A DNA stretch of 64,000 nt from an uncultured Nitrososphaerales archaeon (GCA_963709405.1 CAVPXM010000055.1:96001-160000), one strand, 5' to 3'; numbered from the stretch's first letter, positions 11,093 to 22,861 are shown. Program-made: numbers and translations. Notes: a model not told the origin generated them from the letters alone.

Positions 11093-12121
11093 TCATGTGA
11101 TGCCAACTAGACATGCCAGCTCTTTCCTACAGGCAGAACCTAAACGTTCAGCAGATTTCTCTGGAGTCACACCATTGACATAAACCCCGAAGCCCCGCTC
11201 CAATCCAGACCAGGTGTTCAGCTGTGGGTAAACCTCAATATGCCAGTGTATTTGTCGACTGTTCTTCTTTTCTGGTGATAGATGGAAAACTAGATTAAAA
11301 GGCGCATCATCCAATGCCTTAGACATTCCCCCTAATGTGGCGCGCAGCATGAGTGCTAAATCGCCTATTTCCTTTTGAGTTATCTTTGAAAACGCTGTGC
11401 TATGCCTCTTTGGATAAATCCAAAATTCGTAAGGGTAGGTAGGGGCCCAGGGTGAAAAAGTTAAAAAACTATCCGTCGCCAATATCTGTCTTGGTCCGCT
11501 CGACTCTACGCCTACAATATGGCATGCTGAACAGCTGCCATGATCGTTCATGTATTTATGATAGGCTTCTGCCTCCATCTCGATTGTTGGAGGAATTGCT
11601 GAAAACGTCACCATATTCAAATGTGGATGAGGTATGGAGGCTCCTGCGCGAGCTCCACTATTGACGAAAATTGAAACATAAGTCACACTCTTTTGTGAGT
11701 ATAACCATCTCACTCTATCTTGCACGACAAGTAATACGTTTGCCCATTGATCTATAGATATTTGAGATAAACTCTGGGTATGGTCAGGAGAAGCAACTAC
11801 AACATGATGATATCCATAGGCAGGTTCACTGTAATGCGGTTTGTCTGAAAATTCGGATAGAGATACCGTCGATACGGCGGGATTGCTGCTTTGGAACACC
11901 CTCACGCACCAATCGTCGACACAATTTTCCTCAGAATCAGATAGCCTTTGCAGCATACCGTCCTTGGCAACTAGAGCTATTAATGCAGGCTCGGTCATCG
12001 ACTCATTTCCAGGACAATAGGGACACTGATTCTGTTGAATGTCCTTATGCTCTTTCTTAACATTAACTATTGGAAGAACTACGAATTTGTCTAAAACATA
12101 ATCCTTTCTAAGATTGCTCAA
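11093..12121 (-). CDS. galT: Galactose-1-phosphate uridylyltransferase family protein
   Basis: CPYCPGNE, AGASIPHPH and HWHIEVYP motifs. Confidence 0.88.
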   Translation of the reverse strand: MSNLRKDYVLDKFVVLPIVNVKKEHKDIQQNQCPYCPGNESMTEPALIALVAKDGMLQRLSDSEENCVDDWCVRVFQSSNPAVSTVSLSEFSDKPHYSEPAYGYHHVVVASPDHTQSLSQISIDQWANVLLVVQDRVRWLYSQKSVTYVSIFVNSGARAGASIPHPHLNMVTFSAIPPTIEMEAEAYHKYMNDHGSCSACHIVGVESSGPRQILATDSFLTFSPWAPTYPYEFWIYPKRHSTAFSKITQKEIGDLALMLRATLGGMSKALDDAPFNLVFHLSPEKKNSRQIHWHIEVYPQLNTWSGLERGFGVYVNGVTPEKSAERLGSACRKELACLVGIT

Positions 12122-12540
12122 CTAATTTGTCATACCTCTAAACATCGTAGGATACCTTTTAATTAAAGGTTCTCTGCGAAAAAAGCTTTTAATTATTAAT
12201 CTTAAGCACATGCATAAACTGTCAAAACGAATGTGACGAAGCTACTGAATCGCCATCAAGTTTAAAGTTGCATCACTAGCGCAAGAATCAAGATGGTAGA
12301 CATACTATAATACCATGGTGTGAGTTCACTCTGCGCTGTACTAAAGAATATGGAATAAGAAATTTGATAGTTTCTGACCAGACGAGGTTAGCCACCCAAC
12401 AGATCTACGTATAATGAGCACGATTTTGTCTTTGAATCCACAAGACTGACGAATATGACCTTTCTCCACAGGAATATCTATCTTGAATATGCGTAATCTT
12501 CCATTAAAAATAAATTTCCCGCGACTATCCTTGTTTTCTA

Positions 12541-13827
12541 ATGAGTGCAAATGCGAGTAGCAGGAAATTTATTTACGTTCTTTTGGATGGCATAGGCGAT
12601 CTTCCTCATCCTGCTTTTGGAAATATGACTCCGTTGGAAGCAGCAAGGACACCAAACTTGGATTTTCTAGCCAAGAAAGGAAGTATGGGGAATGTCTTGA
12701 CTGTCGGTCGTGGAATTGCCCCTCAATCAGATATCGCAGTTTTCAATATGCTTGGATACAGCTTTCATGATGGCACCTATGTCGGAAGAGGTGTGATCGA
12801 ATCCATCGGTTCAGGAATTGAGTTCAGGAATGGGGATCTAGCCCTGCGGGGAAATTTTGCAACGGTACGCGATGATCTTCGAATCATAGACAGGAGAGCT
12901 GGCAGAAATATAAGCGAACGCGAATCCCGCGAAATATGTCTTAGTCTTGATCAAAATGTCAAATTTAGCGACGTGAATGCCAACGTTCAAGTAGTCCCTA
13001 CTATCGCGCACCGAGTTGTTATTAGATTTAGACATGCGAAATGTGCCCTCTCGGAAAATATTTCAAATACTGATCCCGCATATTCCAGAATCAATGGGAT
13101 TGGAATTGCGACACCCTCAGCTGATAGCGAATCGATCTTGCTTAGTAAGGCACAGGATAATTCTGAAGCGTCCACTGCATCAGCAAAACTACTGAATGAG
13201 TTCACTATTCAGGTCGTTAAGTTACTAAAGGATCATCCAGTGAATCAAGCACGGTCTTCATTAGGTCTAAAGCCCATAAACGGAATTTTGGCCCGGGATC
13301 CCGGTACAAAATATCCACATCTCGAATTTATGAACAAAAAATATGGATTGAATATAGGATCTATTGTGGATATGCCGGTAGAGGTTGGGATTTCTAAGGT
13401 TCTTGGAATGAAGATGTTTAGAGCGGGAGGTGTTCAGGACTACGAAACTAAGGCTCTCGTCGCTGCCGACAAATTGAGTGATTTGGACGGTATATATGTT
13501 CATATCAAAGGGCCAGACGAATATGGACATGACGGGGATTGGCAGGGGAAGAAACGCAGCATAGAAGTTATCGACAATTCCTTTTTCGGCCCGCTGTTGC
13601 GAAAGTTAGATTTTCAAAAGACTCTATTTGTAATTTCAGGAGACCATTCCACCCCTTGCATAAAGAATAATCATAGTGATGATCCAGTTCCTCTATTGTT
13701 TTCCGGAGATAACATGGAAACAGATGGCAGCGAAAGATTTACGGAATCTTACGCTAAAAAGGGTAGTAAGGGTTTAATGATGGGCGAACAGATCATTGGT
13801 CAAATAATCAAAATATTAGGAAGGTAA
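12541..13827 (+). CDS. apgM: 2,3-BPG-independent phosphoglycerate mutase (archaeal type)
   Basis: DGIGD...TPLEAA, HIKGPDEYGHDG and GDHSTP motifs. Confidence 0.93.
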   Translation: MSANASSRKFIYVLLDGIGDLPHPAFGNMTPLEAARTPNLDFLAKKGSMGNVLTVGRGIAPQSDIAVFNMLGYSFHDGTYVGRGVIESIGSGIEFRNGDLALRGNFATVRDDLRIIDRRAGRNISERESREICLSLDQNVKFSDVNANVQVVPTIAHRVVIRFRHAKCALSENISNTDPAYSRINGIGIATPSADSESILLSKAQDNSEASTASAKLLNEFTIQVVKLLKDHPVNQARSSLGLKPINGILARDPGTKYPHLEFMNKKYGLNIGSIVDMPVEVGISKVLGMKMFRAGGVQDYETKALVAADKLSDLDGIYVHIKGPDEYGHDGDWQGKKRSIEVIDNSFFGPLLRKLDFQKTLFVISGDHSTPCIKNNHSDDPVPLLFSGDNMETDGSERFTESYAKKGSKGLMMGEQIIGQIIKILGR

Positions 13828-13918
13828 GGGATCTTTCGAACAAACATAGTTTACTTTCCTAGATCTTGTTATTGCTTTAAGAGTACCTAACCGACTATAA
13901 TGTCAGAATACGGCCAAC

Positions 13919-14332
13919 TCAGCTTATGCTGCTGTTACCGATCATGCCTACTTTGCACTGCTCACACACCTGTTCATCAATGTTTGATTCAATGTCATGA
14001 TGGACGTCACAAATAATCATTGTATACCGCATATAATTACAAAGCTGCAAAAACTTCGACATAGTAAATGGAGTATACGTATTATTTCCAGCCAAATCTT
14101 GAGCTATCTCATCTATCATTCTCATAACTTCTTGAAACGAAGAGAGTTTAGAAATTAAATCTGTGTCGCCTCTGGTTCCTCTAATGTAATTGCTTACTGC
14201 GGCTTGAGTAATGCCCAAGGCCCTTGCTGCTAACTCCTCCTTCATCTTGTATTCTCGGATCAACTTCACTGCGAGAATTGCTCTTATTGCCGGAATAAGA
14301 GATTTGGCTTCTATTTCTGCAGGCAAGAGCAT
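13919..14332 (-). CDS. Predicted HTH transcriptional regulator (COG2522-like)
   Basis: LPAEIE...IPAIRAILA and AARALGITQAAVSNYIRGTRG helix-turn-helix. Confidence 0.8.
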   Translation of the reverse strand: MLLPAEIEAKSLIPAIRAILAVKLIREYKMKEELAARALGITQAAVSNYIRGTRGDTDLISKLSSFQEVMRMIDEIAQDLAGNNTYTPFTMSKFLQLCNYMRYTMIICDVHHDIESNIDEQVCEQCKVGMIGNSSIS

Positions 14333-14512
14333 ATTAAAAAAAACCTTAGCTTATTATATAAATCTTCTTCATAACTTGGTCTAAATACGCTCCGCCTATA
14401 TTCGAGAACCTTTCAAAGACAAAAATGTTAGCTCATATTTAAATAAGCGTTTCCTTTGAATCTACTAATTAATGAAATGCCATACACATTCATAGGAGTT
14501 TTCTGACATAAT

Positions 14513-15592
14513 ATGAAGCTTAAATTTGGATTTACACAAGGACTAAATGTTGCTCGGTTAGGATTAGATGAGACACAAATCCTTACTGCATGTCAGATAG
14601 CCGATCGATTGGATTATGATTCAGTATGGGTAATGGATCACTCCAATGTGCCTCAGTGGAAGAACGCCGTCGTCAATGATGCCTGGCTAATGTTGGCAGC
14701 CATTGGAGCTTCTACTACGAAAGTTGAACTGGGAACATGTGTTACCGATGCTATTCGGAGACACCCCTCGAGCATTGCCCTCTCTGCAATCACTCTTGAT
14801 AGAATAACGAAGGGCCGCGCCATATTGGGAATTGGTGCAGGAGAGGCACAGAACGTCGTCGACTTTGGCATAGAATTCAATAAGCCTGTGTCTAAATTTA
14901 AAGAGCAACTCGAGGTTATAGAACGGCTCTTTGAATCTGATCCAGATAACCACGTGAATTACTCTGGGCAATACTATAAATTAATAAATGCCTGTCTCCA
15001 GGCGAAATCAATTCGAAAACCTAGGCCCCCAGTTTACATAGCGGCCGGAGCACCAAGAACACTTGAATTGTGCTCTATATATGGAGATGGCTGGATCCCA
15101 ATTGGTTATACGCCAGAATTGTTTAGACATCATGCCAAATTTATTATAGAAAAGGCGCAAAAGTTAGGTAGAGATCTATCTGACTTTCAATTTGCTAACG
15201 ATGTTGACATCTACTTTACTGATGATGGAGAAGAGGCATGGGATAAGATGAAAAATGCAGTGAAGGTCAGCCTCTATAAACCAGAACTCCTTATGGTTCA
15301 TAATATTAAACAGGATTCGGAATTTGACTTCCGTAGGTACTTCACAGAATATGCTATGAATAAACCTGAGTTAATGGAACAAATGAAGAAGGCCGCATTG
15401 CAGATACCCGACTCTGTGGCAAGGACTGCGATTGGGGTTGGAAAACCTGACGATGTGATCCAAATGTTGGACAGATTCATAAAAGCAGGGACAAACCACT
15501 TTATTATTCGATTCTGGGGTTCTGGCTATTTCAAAAATATTGAATTATTTGGTAATAAAATAATTCCGTATTTTAGAGATCAGTACAAATAG
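14513..15592 (+). CDS. LLM-class (probably F420-dependent) oxidoreductase
   Basis: YDSVWVMDH, LDRITKGRAILGIGAG and YGDGWIP luciferase-like motifs. Confidence 0.88.
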   Translation: MKLKFGFTQGLNVARLGLDETQILTACQIADRLDYDSVWVMDHSNVPQWKNAVVNDAWLMLAAIGASTTKVELGTCVTDAIRRHPSSIALSAITLDRITKGRAILGIGAGEAQNVVDFGIEFNKPVSKFKEQLEVIERLFESDPDNHVNYSGQYYKLINACLQAKSIRKPRPPVYIAAGAPRTLELCSIYGDGWIPIGYTPELFRHHAKFIIEKAQKLGRDLSDFQFANDVDIYFTDDGEEAWDKMKNAVKVSLYKPELLMVHNIKQDSEFDFRRYFTEYAMNKPELMEQMKKAALQIPDSVARTAIGVGKPDDVIQMLDRFIKAGTNHFIIRFWGSGYFKNIELFGNKIIPYFRDQYK

Positions 15593-15600
15593 TTTGCTCC

Positions 15601-16641
15601 TTACAAAAAAGGATCAAGCTTCGAATTCTTTACATGACTAGAACTCGATCGCTTTTGATTAGTAGCCTTCTGGAGAGCAAAAGCTTCGAAACCCATAGCG
15701 TTTAACGTAGTAGCAAATTCTACAGCGAATCCGTGAAATGTGTAGACCTTCTTTGGTTGGACCTTTTCTACTACAATTAATAACTCTCTGAAATCGCAAT
15801 GATCACTCATTGGTAAAGCATAATCTAAGCCCATCATAAACTTGTATCTATTGTTGACTGCCCATCCGCTAAATCCTATTGTTATAGCATTGTATCTGTC
15901 CTTCAAGCTTCGAATAAATTTGTTCTTGTGATTCATTAAAGGCGCAATCAAGAGCCATGGCAATCCTTTCCTGATTTTGCCCTTTCTCTCAGCATCAAGA
16001 AAGGTTGAACTTTCTTTTAGCTTTACTCCAAGAGCCCTATAAAGACTATTAATTCTATGTACTGAATCATAAACATACATGGGTTCCCAATGCTCAAAAA
16101 GTTGAGTCAATAGCTGTGCTTTACCTAACTGATAACCCATTAGCACAACCGGAATTCCTCTATCATAGCATTCTGAGATGATCTTGTTTACTAACTGCAC
16201 TAAAGATGATATCTCAGGAAAGACGTATTCAGGCCGCCCAAACGTTGATTCGATAATGAGTGTATCTGCATGTGGCAATATAGCTGGCCGCATGAAACTC
16301 CTACTCCTAGTTGAGAGATCTCCCGTGTAGTAGAGTTCATTATCGATCAATAGTCCTTTCGATCCTAAAATATGGCCGCTATGTAATAATTCAAAACCAG
16401 GATGTTCTTCCGCGATGTCACCTAGTGAATACCCCCTTTCGTTTGCAATTAAGAAGGTTTCTTTGGATGTTAATGTCACAGACCTGGTATCCTCATTGTT
16501 CGTCCTATGCAAATGATCGGTATGTGCGTGAGAAACAAAAACAAAATCTGAAATCGTCTTCCTGTTGGGATCCAGTAATATCTTCTTGTGGCCGTCCTGT
16601 GCTACCATATTTGTCTTGATGAAGTCTACAGTCCATTGCAA
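15601..16641 (-). CDS. MBL-fold/beta-CASP nuclease-like metallohydrolase
   Basis: SHAHTDH, GHILGS, YTGD, ESTFG and MSDHCD motifs. Confidence 0.88.
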   Translation of the reverse strand: MQWTVDFIKTNMVAQDGHKKILLDPNRKTISDFVFVSHAHTDHLHRTNNEDTRSVTLTSKETFLIANERGYSLGDIAEEHPGFELLHSGHILGSKGLLIDNELYYTGDLSTRSRSFMRPAILPHADTLIIESTFGRPEYVFPEISSLVQLVNKIISECYDRGIPVVLMGYQLGKAQLLTQLFEHWEPMYVYDSVHRINSLYRALGVKLKESSTFLDAERKGKIRKGLPWLLIAPLMNHKNKFIRSLKDRYNAITIGFSGWAVNNRYKFMMGLDYALPMSDHCDFRELLIVVEKVQPKKVYTFHGFAVEFATTLNAMGFEAFALQKATNQKRSSSSHVKNSKLDPFL

Positions 16642-16786
16642 TAGATAGTCGAGAAATTAAGATCACATCATTATTTTAATTTTAGGTATTAGGTTGTTAA
16701 CTTAATCAGGTAGGGATCAAATAAATTCTCTCATTTAATTCAAAAGACATACATTCATTTAATTATGAATCTATTCGTAAAATCAG

Positions 16787-17407
16787 TTGTCAGCAGATTT
16801 AAGCCAAACCCACCTCGTGATATTAATATCTGGAAGAGGGTCTAATATGAACGCCATTCTTTCAGCAATCCGATCTGGGTCCATAAAGAATGTCATACCA
16901 GAGATCGTTATATCGAATCGAGGTGATGCAGCTGGTCTTGAAATAGCAAAAAAATTTGGTATACCTGCCGTCGTTTTTCAAAATAATGATTTAAAAGGAT
17001 GGGCTTATGACGTGCAAATCGCGAATCTACTTGATTATCGCGGCTTACAAAAGCCGTCATTACTTATTTGTCTTGCAGGATATATGAGAATTTTGAGCCG
17101 ACAATTCGTAGAAAAATACAAGATGCGAATTCTGAATATTCATCCATCACTTTTACCATCATTTCCCGGATTAAATGCACAGGGCCAGGCCATTAAATAC
17201 GGAGTTAAGATATCAGGATGCACTGTTCACATTGTAGATGAAGGAGTCGATACAGGACGAATTCTTATTCAGAAGGCCGTTCCGGTTTTTAATTCCGATA
17301 CGCCTGAAACACTCTCTGCTAGGATATTGATATGGGAACATATCATCTATCCTAAAGCTATAAGTATGATTGTGCAAGGCAAGATTAGGCTTGATAACAG
17401 AGAATAA
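16787..17407 (+). CDS. purN: Phosphoribosylglycinamide formyltransferase
   Basis: ISGRGSN, LAGYMRIL, NIHPSLLP and GCTVH...DTG motifs. Confidence 0.95.
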   Translation: MSADLSQTHLVILISGRGSNMNAILSAIRSGSIKNVIPEIVISNRGDAAGLEIAKKFGIPAVVFQNNDLKGWAYDVQIANLLDYRGLQKPSLLICLAGYMRILSRQFVEKYKMRILNIHPSLLPSFPGLNAQGQAIKYGVKISGCTVHIVDEGVDTGRILIQKAVPVFNSDTPETLSARILIWEHIIYPKAISMIVQGKIRLDNRE

Positions 17408-17531
17408 GTATTCAATAATTTGAGGAGCCACTTAAAACGTCGATTGACGATACTATTTGTAACTCAAAGGTTTGAACTAGATTCTATCTGAAAGAAAACA
17501 AAATAAAATGGGTGGTTGCTTCCCGAATACG

Positions 17532-18387
17532 ATGACTGCGCAGATAATCGATGGCCTACATGTTGCAAAATATATAAAATCAAGCATGATGAAAAAGATC
17601 CACTCTCTCAAGGCTCAAAACATGGAACCTTGCCTTGCTACAGTTCTGGTAGGAGATAATCCTGCTTCTGCCACATATGTTAAGAACAAACAAAGAGCCG
17701 CGATAGAATTGGGAATGAAGACTAAAGATCACAAATTAAGCTCAAATTGCGCGCAAACCGAGTCTGCTAGAATTATTAAGCGATTTGAATGAAGACGCGA
17801 GTGTTCACGGAATACTTGTCCAGCTTCCACTTCCTATACATCTGGATACGTCCATTATCACGAATGCTATTGAACCACAAAAAGATGTGGATGGCCTAAC
17901 TATCGTCAATATGGGCCTGCTTATTAGTGGCAGAGGCATATTAAGACCCTGCACCCCTATCGGTATTTTAGAACTAATGGATCACTATAGGATTAACGTC
18001 TCTGGTTCTGACGTCGTTATAGTAAATAGAAGCCAGCTAGTAGGTAAACCACTCGCTTTTCTGCTCTTGGAGAGGGATGCTACTATTACAATCTGTCATT
18101 CTAAATCTAACGATATTCTTAAGAAGATCAAAGATGCAGACGTAGTCATAACCGGTGTTGGTAACAGGGAAAAGTTCACTTTGACAGGGGAAATGATCAA
18201 GAATGATTCAGTAGTCATTGATGTGGGTATCACGAGATATAAAGGTAAACTAGTTGGCGATGCAGACTATGCCTCTGTTGGGAAAAAGGCATCGTGGATC
18301 ACTCCAGTGCCTGGAGGGGTAGGTCCGATGACTGTCTGCATGTTGTTGAATAATACGTTAATTGCGGCATCCTTGTCAAAGACCTGA
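17532..18387 (+). CDS. folD: Methylene-THF dehydrogenase/cyclohydrolase, split by a probable 1-bp insertion near 17763
   Basis: N-part IIDG...ASATYVKNK; C-part GILVQLPLP, KDVDG, PCTP, TPVPGGVGPMT. Confidence 0.92.
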
Positions 18388-18402
18388 AATTCACGAGTTC
18401 TA

Positions 18403-18999
18403 ATGACGACCGGTAATGACAAGACACGCTTGCGTAGAGAATTTCTTGAGAGACGTAATTCTTTGACTGTACCGCAAATTCGTGCATGGAGCAGTATAAT
18501 TCAGGATAAGGTTATTAATCGCTCAGAATATAAATCTGCATCAGCTATTGGAGTCTACTTCCCTTTTAACTCAGAAGTAATGACTCAAGCTATCATAGGG
18601 ACGTCTCTAGGCAAGAAAAAAATTGGCTTACCTAGGATAGTAGGAAATCAAATCAAGTTTTATGAGATTGCTTCGTTTGACTGGCTAGACCAATTGAGTG
18701 TTAACAAGTACGGCATTAAAGAACCGATTATATCTAATGACATATCAGAATCTATCAGTTTATTAATTATTCCTGGAACTGTTTTTGACTCGGAGGGGTA
18801 CAGACTTGGGTACGGCAAAGGCTATTACGATAGGTTCATCTCACATATGAAACAACTTGAGAAACCACCTTTTACTATAGGATTAGCATTTGACCTTCAA
18901 ATATTTGACGGATCATTACCATATACGAAACTCGATGAAAGAATGAATATGATAGTCACAGAACGAAGAATAATAAGTGTAAATAGAACTAACCAGTAA
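18403..18999 (+). CDS. 5-formyltetrahydrofolate cyclo-ligase
   Basis: GIKEP and RLGYGKGYYDR motifs. Confidence 0.92.
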   Translation: MTTGNDKTRLRREFLERRNSLTVPQIRAWSSIIQDKVINRSEYKSASAIGVYFPFNSEVMTQAIIGTSLGKKKIGLPRIVGNQIKFYEIASFDWLDQLSVNKYGIKEPIISNDISESISLLIIPGTVFDSEGYRLGYGKGYYDRFISHMKQLEKPPFTIGLAFDLQIFDGSLPYTKLDERMNMIVTERRIISVNRTNQ

Positions 19000-20284
19000 C
19001 TTGGGCAATATCCTTTCGATAGTACTGATCATTATCGCCCCATGAGATCTTTGAGACTGCATCGTAGGCATGTGCAGCTGCTGAATGAAGATTTGCACCG
19101 CGTGCTGCAACTCCTAAAACTCTTCCACCATTTGTTATTAATTGGCTATCGGATTTACGAGAGGTACCCGCATGAAATACAGTCACATCTTTCCCAAGAT
19201 CTGAGTCTATTCCCCTAATTGCTAATCCGCTCTTATATCTTCCAGGGTAACCTCGCGATGCCATCACGACGCACACAGCAGATTCGTCACTCCACTCCAT
19301 TGGATCCATATTGTCAAGGGCTCCGGACAAAGTTCCTCGAATGTATGGATAAAGATCTGACTTCATTCTCATCATTATTGCTTGACATTCCGGGTCTCCC
19401 ATTCTGACGTTGAATTCCAACAAGTACGGTTTACTTGTAAACTCTTCCAGTAATAGACCAAAATATAGGAATCCTTTGAAAGGTTTAGGAAAAGTCCTGA
19501 TAGCGTTCATCGTCGGTCTAACAATTTTTTTCAATGTGGTAGCATAAATATCATCGCTAAAGAATGGTACTGGTGAAAAGCTTCCCATTCCTCCTGTATT
19601 AAAACCTAGGTCATTGTCCAGAATTCTTTTATAGTCTTTTGCAGAAGCAAGCAATTCGAAATTCTTTCCGTCAGTTAGGACTATCAACGACACTTCTTTT
19701 CCTGTTAATTTTTCTTCAACTATTATTTTGTTGCCGGCTTCCCCGAATTCCTTTTTAACCATTGTTCTGTCAATCGCTAGAAGAGCGTCATCGGGATTAC
19801 TTGATACAAATACGCCTTTGCCTGAAGCAAGCCCATCAACTTTTATAACTAGCCCCACGTTCCTACTCTTGACATAAGCAGTAGCTTTTTCACTGTCGGT
19901 AAAAACACGAAAATCAGCTGTTGGTATATTATTTTCCTTCATAAATTGTTTTGAAAAGGCTTTACTTGATTCCAGTAATGCGCCTTCCATCGAAGGTCCG
20001 AGGATAGAAAGATCTGCTGCAAGAAAGGAATCAACTAGACCTTTTGCGAGTGGGAGCTCCGGTCCAACAATAGTCAAACAGTCATATTTCTTTGCGAAAC
20101 TGATAAGATCTGATACTTGGCTAGATTCGATTGCAATATTATTATGTGTTCCGCCATTGCCAGGTGCAAAATATATCTCGTTAACAAATTTGCTTTGACG
20201 CAGCTTCCAACCTAATGCATGTTCCCGACCTCCAGAACCGACTATTAAAATATTTCTTGATTCCTCATCAGATGAATTTATCAT
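18989..20284 (-). CDS. purD: Phosphoribosylamine-glycine ligase
   Basis: GSGGREHAL, DGLASGKGV, NTGGMG, EFNVRMGDPE and GGRVL motifs. Confidence 0.97.
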   Translation of the reverse strand: MINSSDEESRNILIVGSGGREHALGWKLRQSKFVNEIYFAPGNGGTHNNIAIESSQVSDLISFAKKYDCLTIVGPELPLAKGLVDSFLAADLSILGPSMEGALLESSKAFSKQFMKENNIPTADFRVFTDSEKATAYVKSRNVGLVIKVDGLASGKGVFVSSNPDDALLAIDRTMVKKEFGEAGNKIIVEEKLTGKEVSLIVLTDGKNFELLASAKDYKRILDNDLGFNTGGMGSFSPVPFFSDDIYATTLKKIVRPTMNAIRTFPKPFKGFLYFGLLLEEFTSKPYLLEFNVRMGDPECQAIMMRMKSDLYPYIRGTLSGALDNMDPMEWSDESAVCVVMASRGYPGRYKSGLAIRGIDSDLGKDVTVFHAGTSRKSDSQLITNGGRVLGVAARGANLHSAAAHAYDAVSKISWGDNDQYYRKDIAQVTG

Positions 20285-20676
20285 CTATACACTAATAATC
20301 TATGCCTCAAAATAAATCGAAGGGTCATAATCGTTGAAGACTAATGGATACCGCTCTCTTGGTTATGAAATATATACTCGTATTTATTGATGGAGTTTCA
20401 ATTATTCGATCTTTCGAGCATTTGTAAGAATTGGATTAATAACAATAATAATAACGTAGTGAAAGCTTGATATTCTGAAAAGATTTTTATGTACAGTACA
20501 TGGTTTTAGTCATGGTAATGACCAACTATGGAAAATTCTATAACTGGAGTTCATATGTAACAATCCGATATGTGTCATCAATACTGCAGTCAGACACTAA
20601 TCATGATTAGTTAGATACTGAACAGTGATATCCTAGGGTATATATAAATCTCATGTGATATGAAGTCTGCGAAATA

Positions 20677-21882
20677 TTGAGAAATATTTTTATCGTTATT
20701 ATTCTTTTTGCGGCAATAGCCAGCTTTTTGTATGTTTACGATCACTTCTTTCATTTCATAAATTATTCATATTTTGGTACAGTACAACCACCTGCAATAG
20801 AAAATCGAATTGGTATTTCTGAACCTCTTCTGGACAAGAATTCACACGTTATAGGCGCCATTGCTTCGTCGCACAACAATGTCAGCCTTGACTTGCCTCG
20901 ATTATTCAAACAATCACAAGATTCAGTTGTACAGATTGCCGGGATACATGGCATTGACGCTCAAGAGTCTGGTAGCAGACTAGGGTCAGGATTTGTTTAT
21001 GATACTAATAGACACATCGTCACTAACGGTCATGTAGTAAGCGGAAACAACATGCTTGACGTTACATTTTCGGATGGCACGATTTATCGAGCTAGATTAA
21101 TAGGATTAGACCCTTTTACGGATATAGCTGTCTTGTATGTTACAAAGGTTCCATCACAAAAACTGATACCACTGCCGTTAGGTAATTCAACAAACGTAAG
21201 GGTCGGAGAACAGGTAGCGGCTATTGGGAATCCCTTTGGTCTATCTGGGTCTCTGACAGAGGGGGTAATCAGTGGGCTTGGAAGGCTTCTTCCGTCGAAC
21301 TCTAACTCCACATCACGTTATTCTATACCAGACGTGATCCAAACAGATGCCCCAATCAATCCAGGGAATTCAGGCGGGCCTCTTCTTAACATGAAGGGCG
21401 AAGTCATAGGAATGACTTCTGCAATATATTCAAGTACTGGGGAGTTTTCTGGAGTAGGGCTTGCAATTTCTTCAGACACTATGAAAAAGGCTATCCCGCT
21501 ACTTATTACAAACGGCTCGTACGCTCATCCTTGGCTAGGGATTTCTGGAACGAATATGACTCCAGAGCTCGCGTCTGCCCTTGGGCTAAACGAGCCGAGG
21601 GGTTTCTTGGTAATTGGTGTAATACCCGGAAGCCCAGCTGCTAATGCTGGTTTACGTGGAGGAGACCAAGTTGTTAGCATAAATGGTCAGCAAGTCCCAC
21701 TAGGAGGCGACGTCATACTAAGAATAGGCGATATGCCAGTAAGAAAAATAGATGATGTGCTTACATATTTAGAGCGATATAAAATGATTGGGGATTCTGT
21801 GGACTTCACAGTTTTGCGGAGTGGGGTGGAAAGGAATATGATTGTGAAATTAACTGCAAGGCCATCCACAATAATTCAATAA
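20677..21882 (+). CDS. HtrA/DegP-like serine protease with N-terminal membrane anchor and PDZ domain
   Basis: GSGF, TNGHVV, DIAV, TDAPINPGNSGGPL; C-terminal PDZ. Confidence 0.93.
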   Translation: MRNIFIVIILFAAIASFLYVYDHFFHFINYSYFGTVQPPAIENRIGISEPLLDKNSHVIGAIASSHNNVSLDLPRLFKQSQDSVVQIAGIHGIDAQESGSRLGSGFVYDTNRHIVTNGHVVSGNNMLDVTFSDGTIYRARLIGLDPFTDIAVLYVTKVPSQKLIPLPLGNSTNVRVGEQVAAIGNPFGLSGSLTEGVISGLGRLLPSNSNSTSRYSIPDVIQTDAPINPGNSGGPLLNMKGEVIGMTSAIYSSTGEFSGVGLAISSDTMKKAIPLLITNGSYAHPWLGISGTNMTPELASALGLNEPRGFLVIGVIPGSPAANAGLRGGDQVVSINGQQVPLGGDVILRIGDMPVRKIDDVLTYLERYKMIGDSVDFTVLRSGVERNMIVKLTARPSTIIQ

Positions 21883-21969
21883 GCTAGCATGGAGGTGAAT
21901 TCAATCTCCTAGAAGTTTCCTCATAACTAGAAATAAAATTAATATGTAGCCCAGGACCAAGCAATTTAA

Positions 21970-22284
21970 TTGAAGGACTATGACCACTACATTCTTTGGC
22001 TAGATTATTTTAATAGAAGTCTTTCGAGGCGTAACGGACGCAAGCTTAAAAAAGACCTTGCTGTATTCGATCCAACGCTGGAAGATCTTATCGAAGCTGC
22101 CAAGTCTGTCGGATATCAACCTCCCCTGGAGGACACCAACGATCGTGCAAGATATCCCAGAAGACCTTTTGTAAGATCAGGTTACGTAATGCTACCCAAG
22201 CAGGAAAAAAAATCTGTATTAATTCAATCAATCGCAGAAAGACTAGTACAAATGAAGAACAAAAACAGGCCGTCAAATCGCTAA
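21970..22284 (+). CDS. srp19: Signal recognition particle protein SRP19
   Basis: ILWLDYFN.SLSRRNGRK...PTLEDL..AA...YPR pattern. Confidence 0.88.
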   Translation: MKDYDHYILWLDYFNRSLSRRNGRKLKKDLAVFDPTLEDLIEAAKSVGYQPPLEDTNDRARYPRRPFVRSGYVMLPKQEKKSVLIQSIAERLVQMKNKNRPSNR

Positions 22285-22374
22285 AAAGTACGAAGTCGAT
22301 CAAAATTCGGCTTAGAGAAACTATGATAGGGCAATATTTTTAAATAGAGGACAACTTTTACGTGTTTCATTGAC

Positions 22375-22668
22375 TTGTTGCTAATTGGTGAAGTGATACA
22401 TCTAGCAAAAAGTGGAAGGTATGTAGTCAAGTTATTTGAATCTGGCTATAAAATACGCAGTGGCGAGATAATTTATGATGATTCTGGAAGGCGTACAGGA
22501 AAGGTGATTGAGACCATTGGACCTGTTTCTGCTCCATATGCTTCAGTACTACCTCTTCTGGATCGGCCAAAAAAAGCTGTGGGTGAAAGGGTGTTTTCTG
22601 CTAATAATAAACAAGTCAAAATAACTCGCAGAAGGAATTTCGGGAAAAAAAGCAAACTACCTAGGTAG
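22375..22668 (+). CDS. gar1: H/ACA RNP protein Gar1
   Basis: IGEVIHLAKSG...GKVIETIGPVSAPYASV; follows srp19. Confidence 0.85.
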   Translation: MLLIGEVIHLAKSGRYVVKLFESGYKIRSGEIIYDDSGRRTGKVIETIGPVSAPYASVLPLLDRPKKAVGERVFSANNKQVKITRRRNFGKKSKLPR

Positions 22669-22861
22669 AATCCATCATACTATCTCAGTGATGGTAACAG
22701 CGTTAAGGTCAGTCATTATTGAATTGATGATTTATCTGTTGCTAACTTTGACCCACATCTCCATATAAAGACTATTCTGTGATTTGTATTACCGGTTCTC
22801 AAAGATATTCAATTAATGAATTTAGTTTGATTGGAGTCTTCCCTTCTGAGCAACATATCTA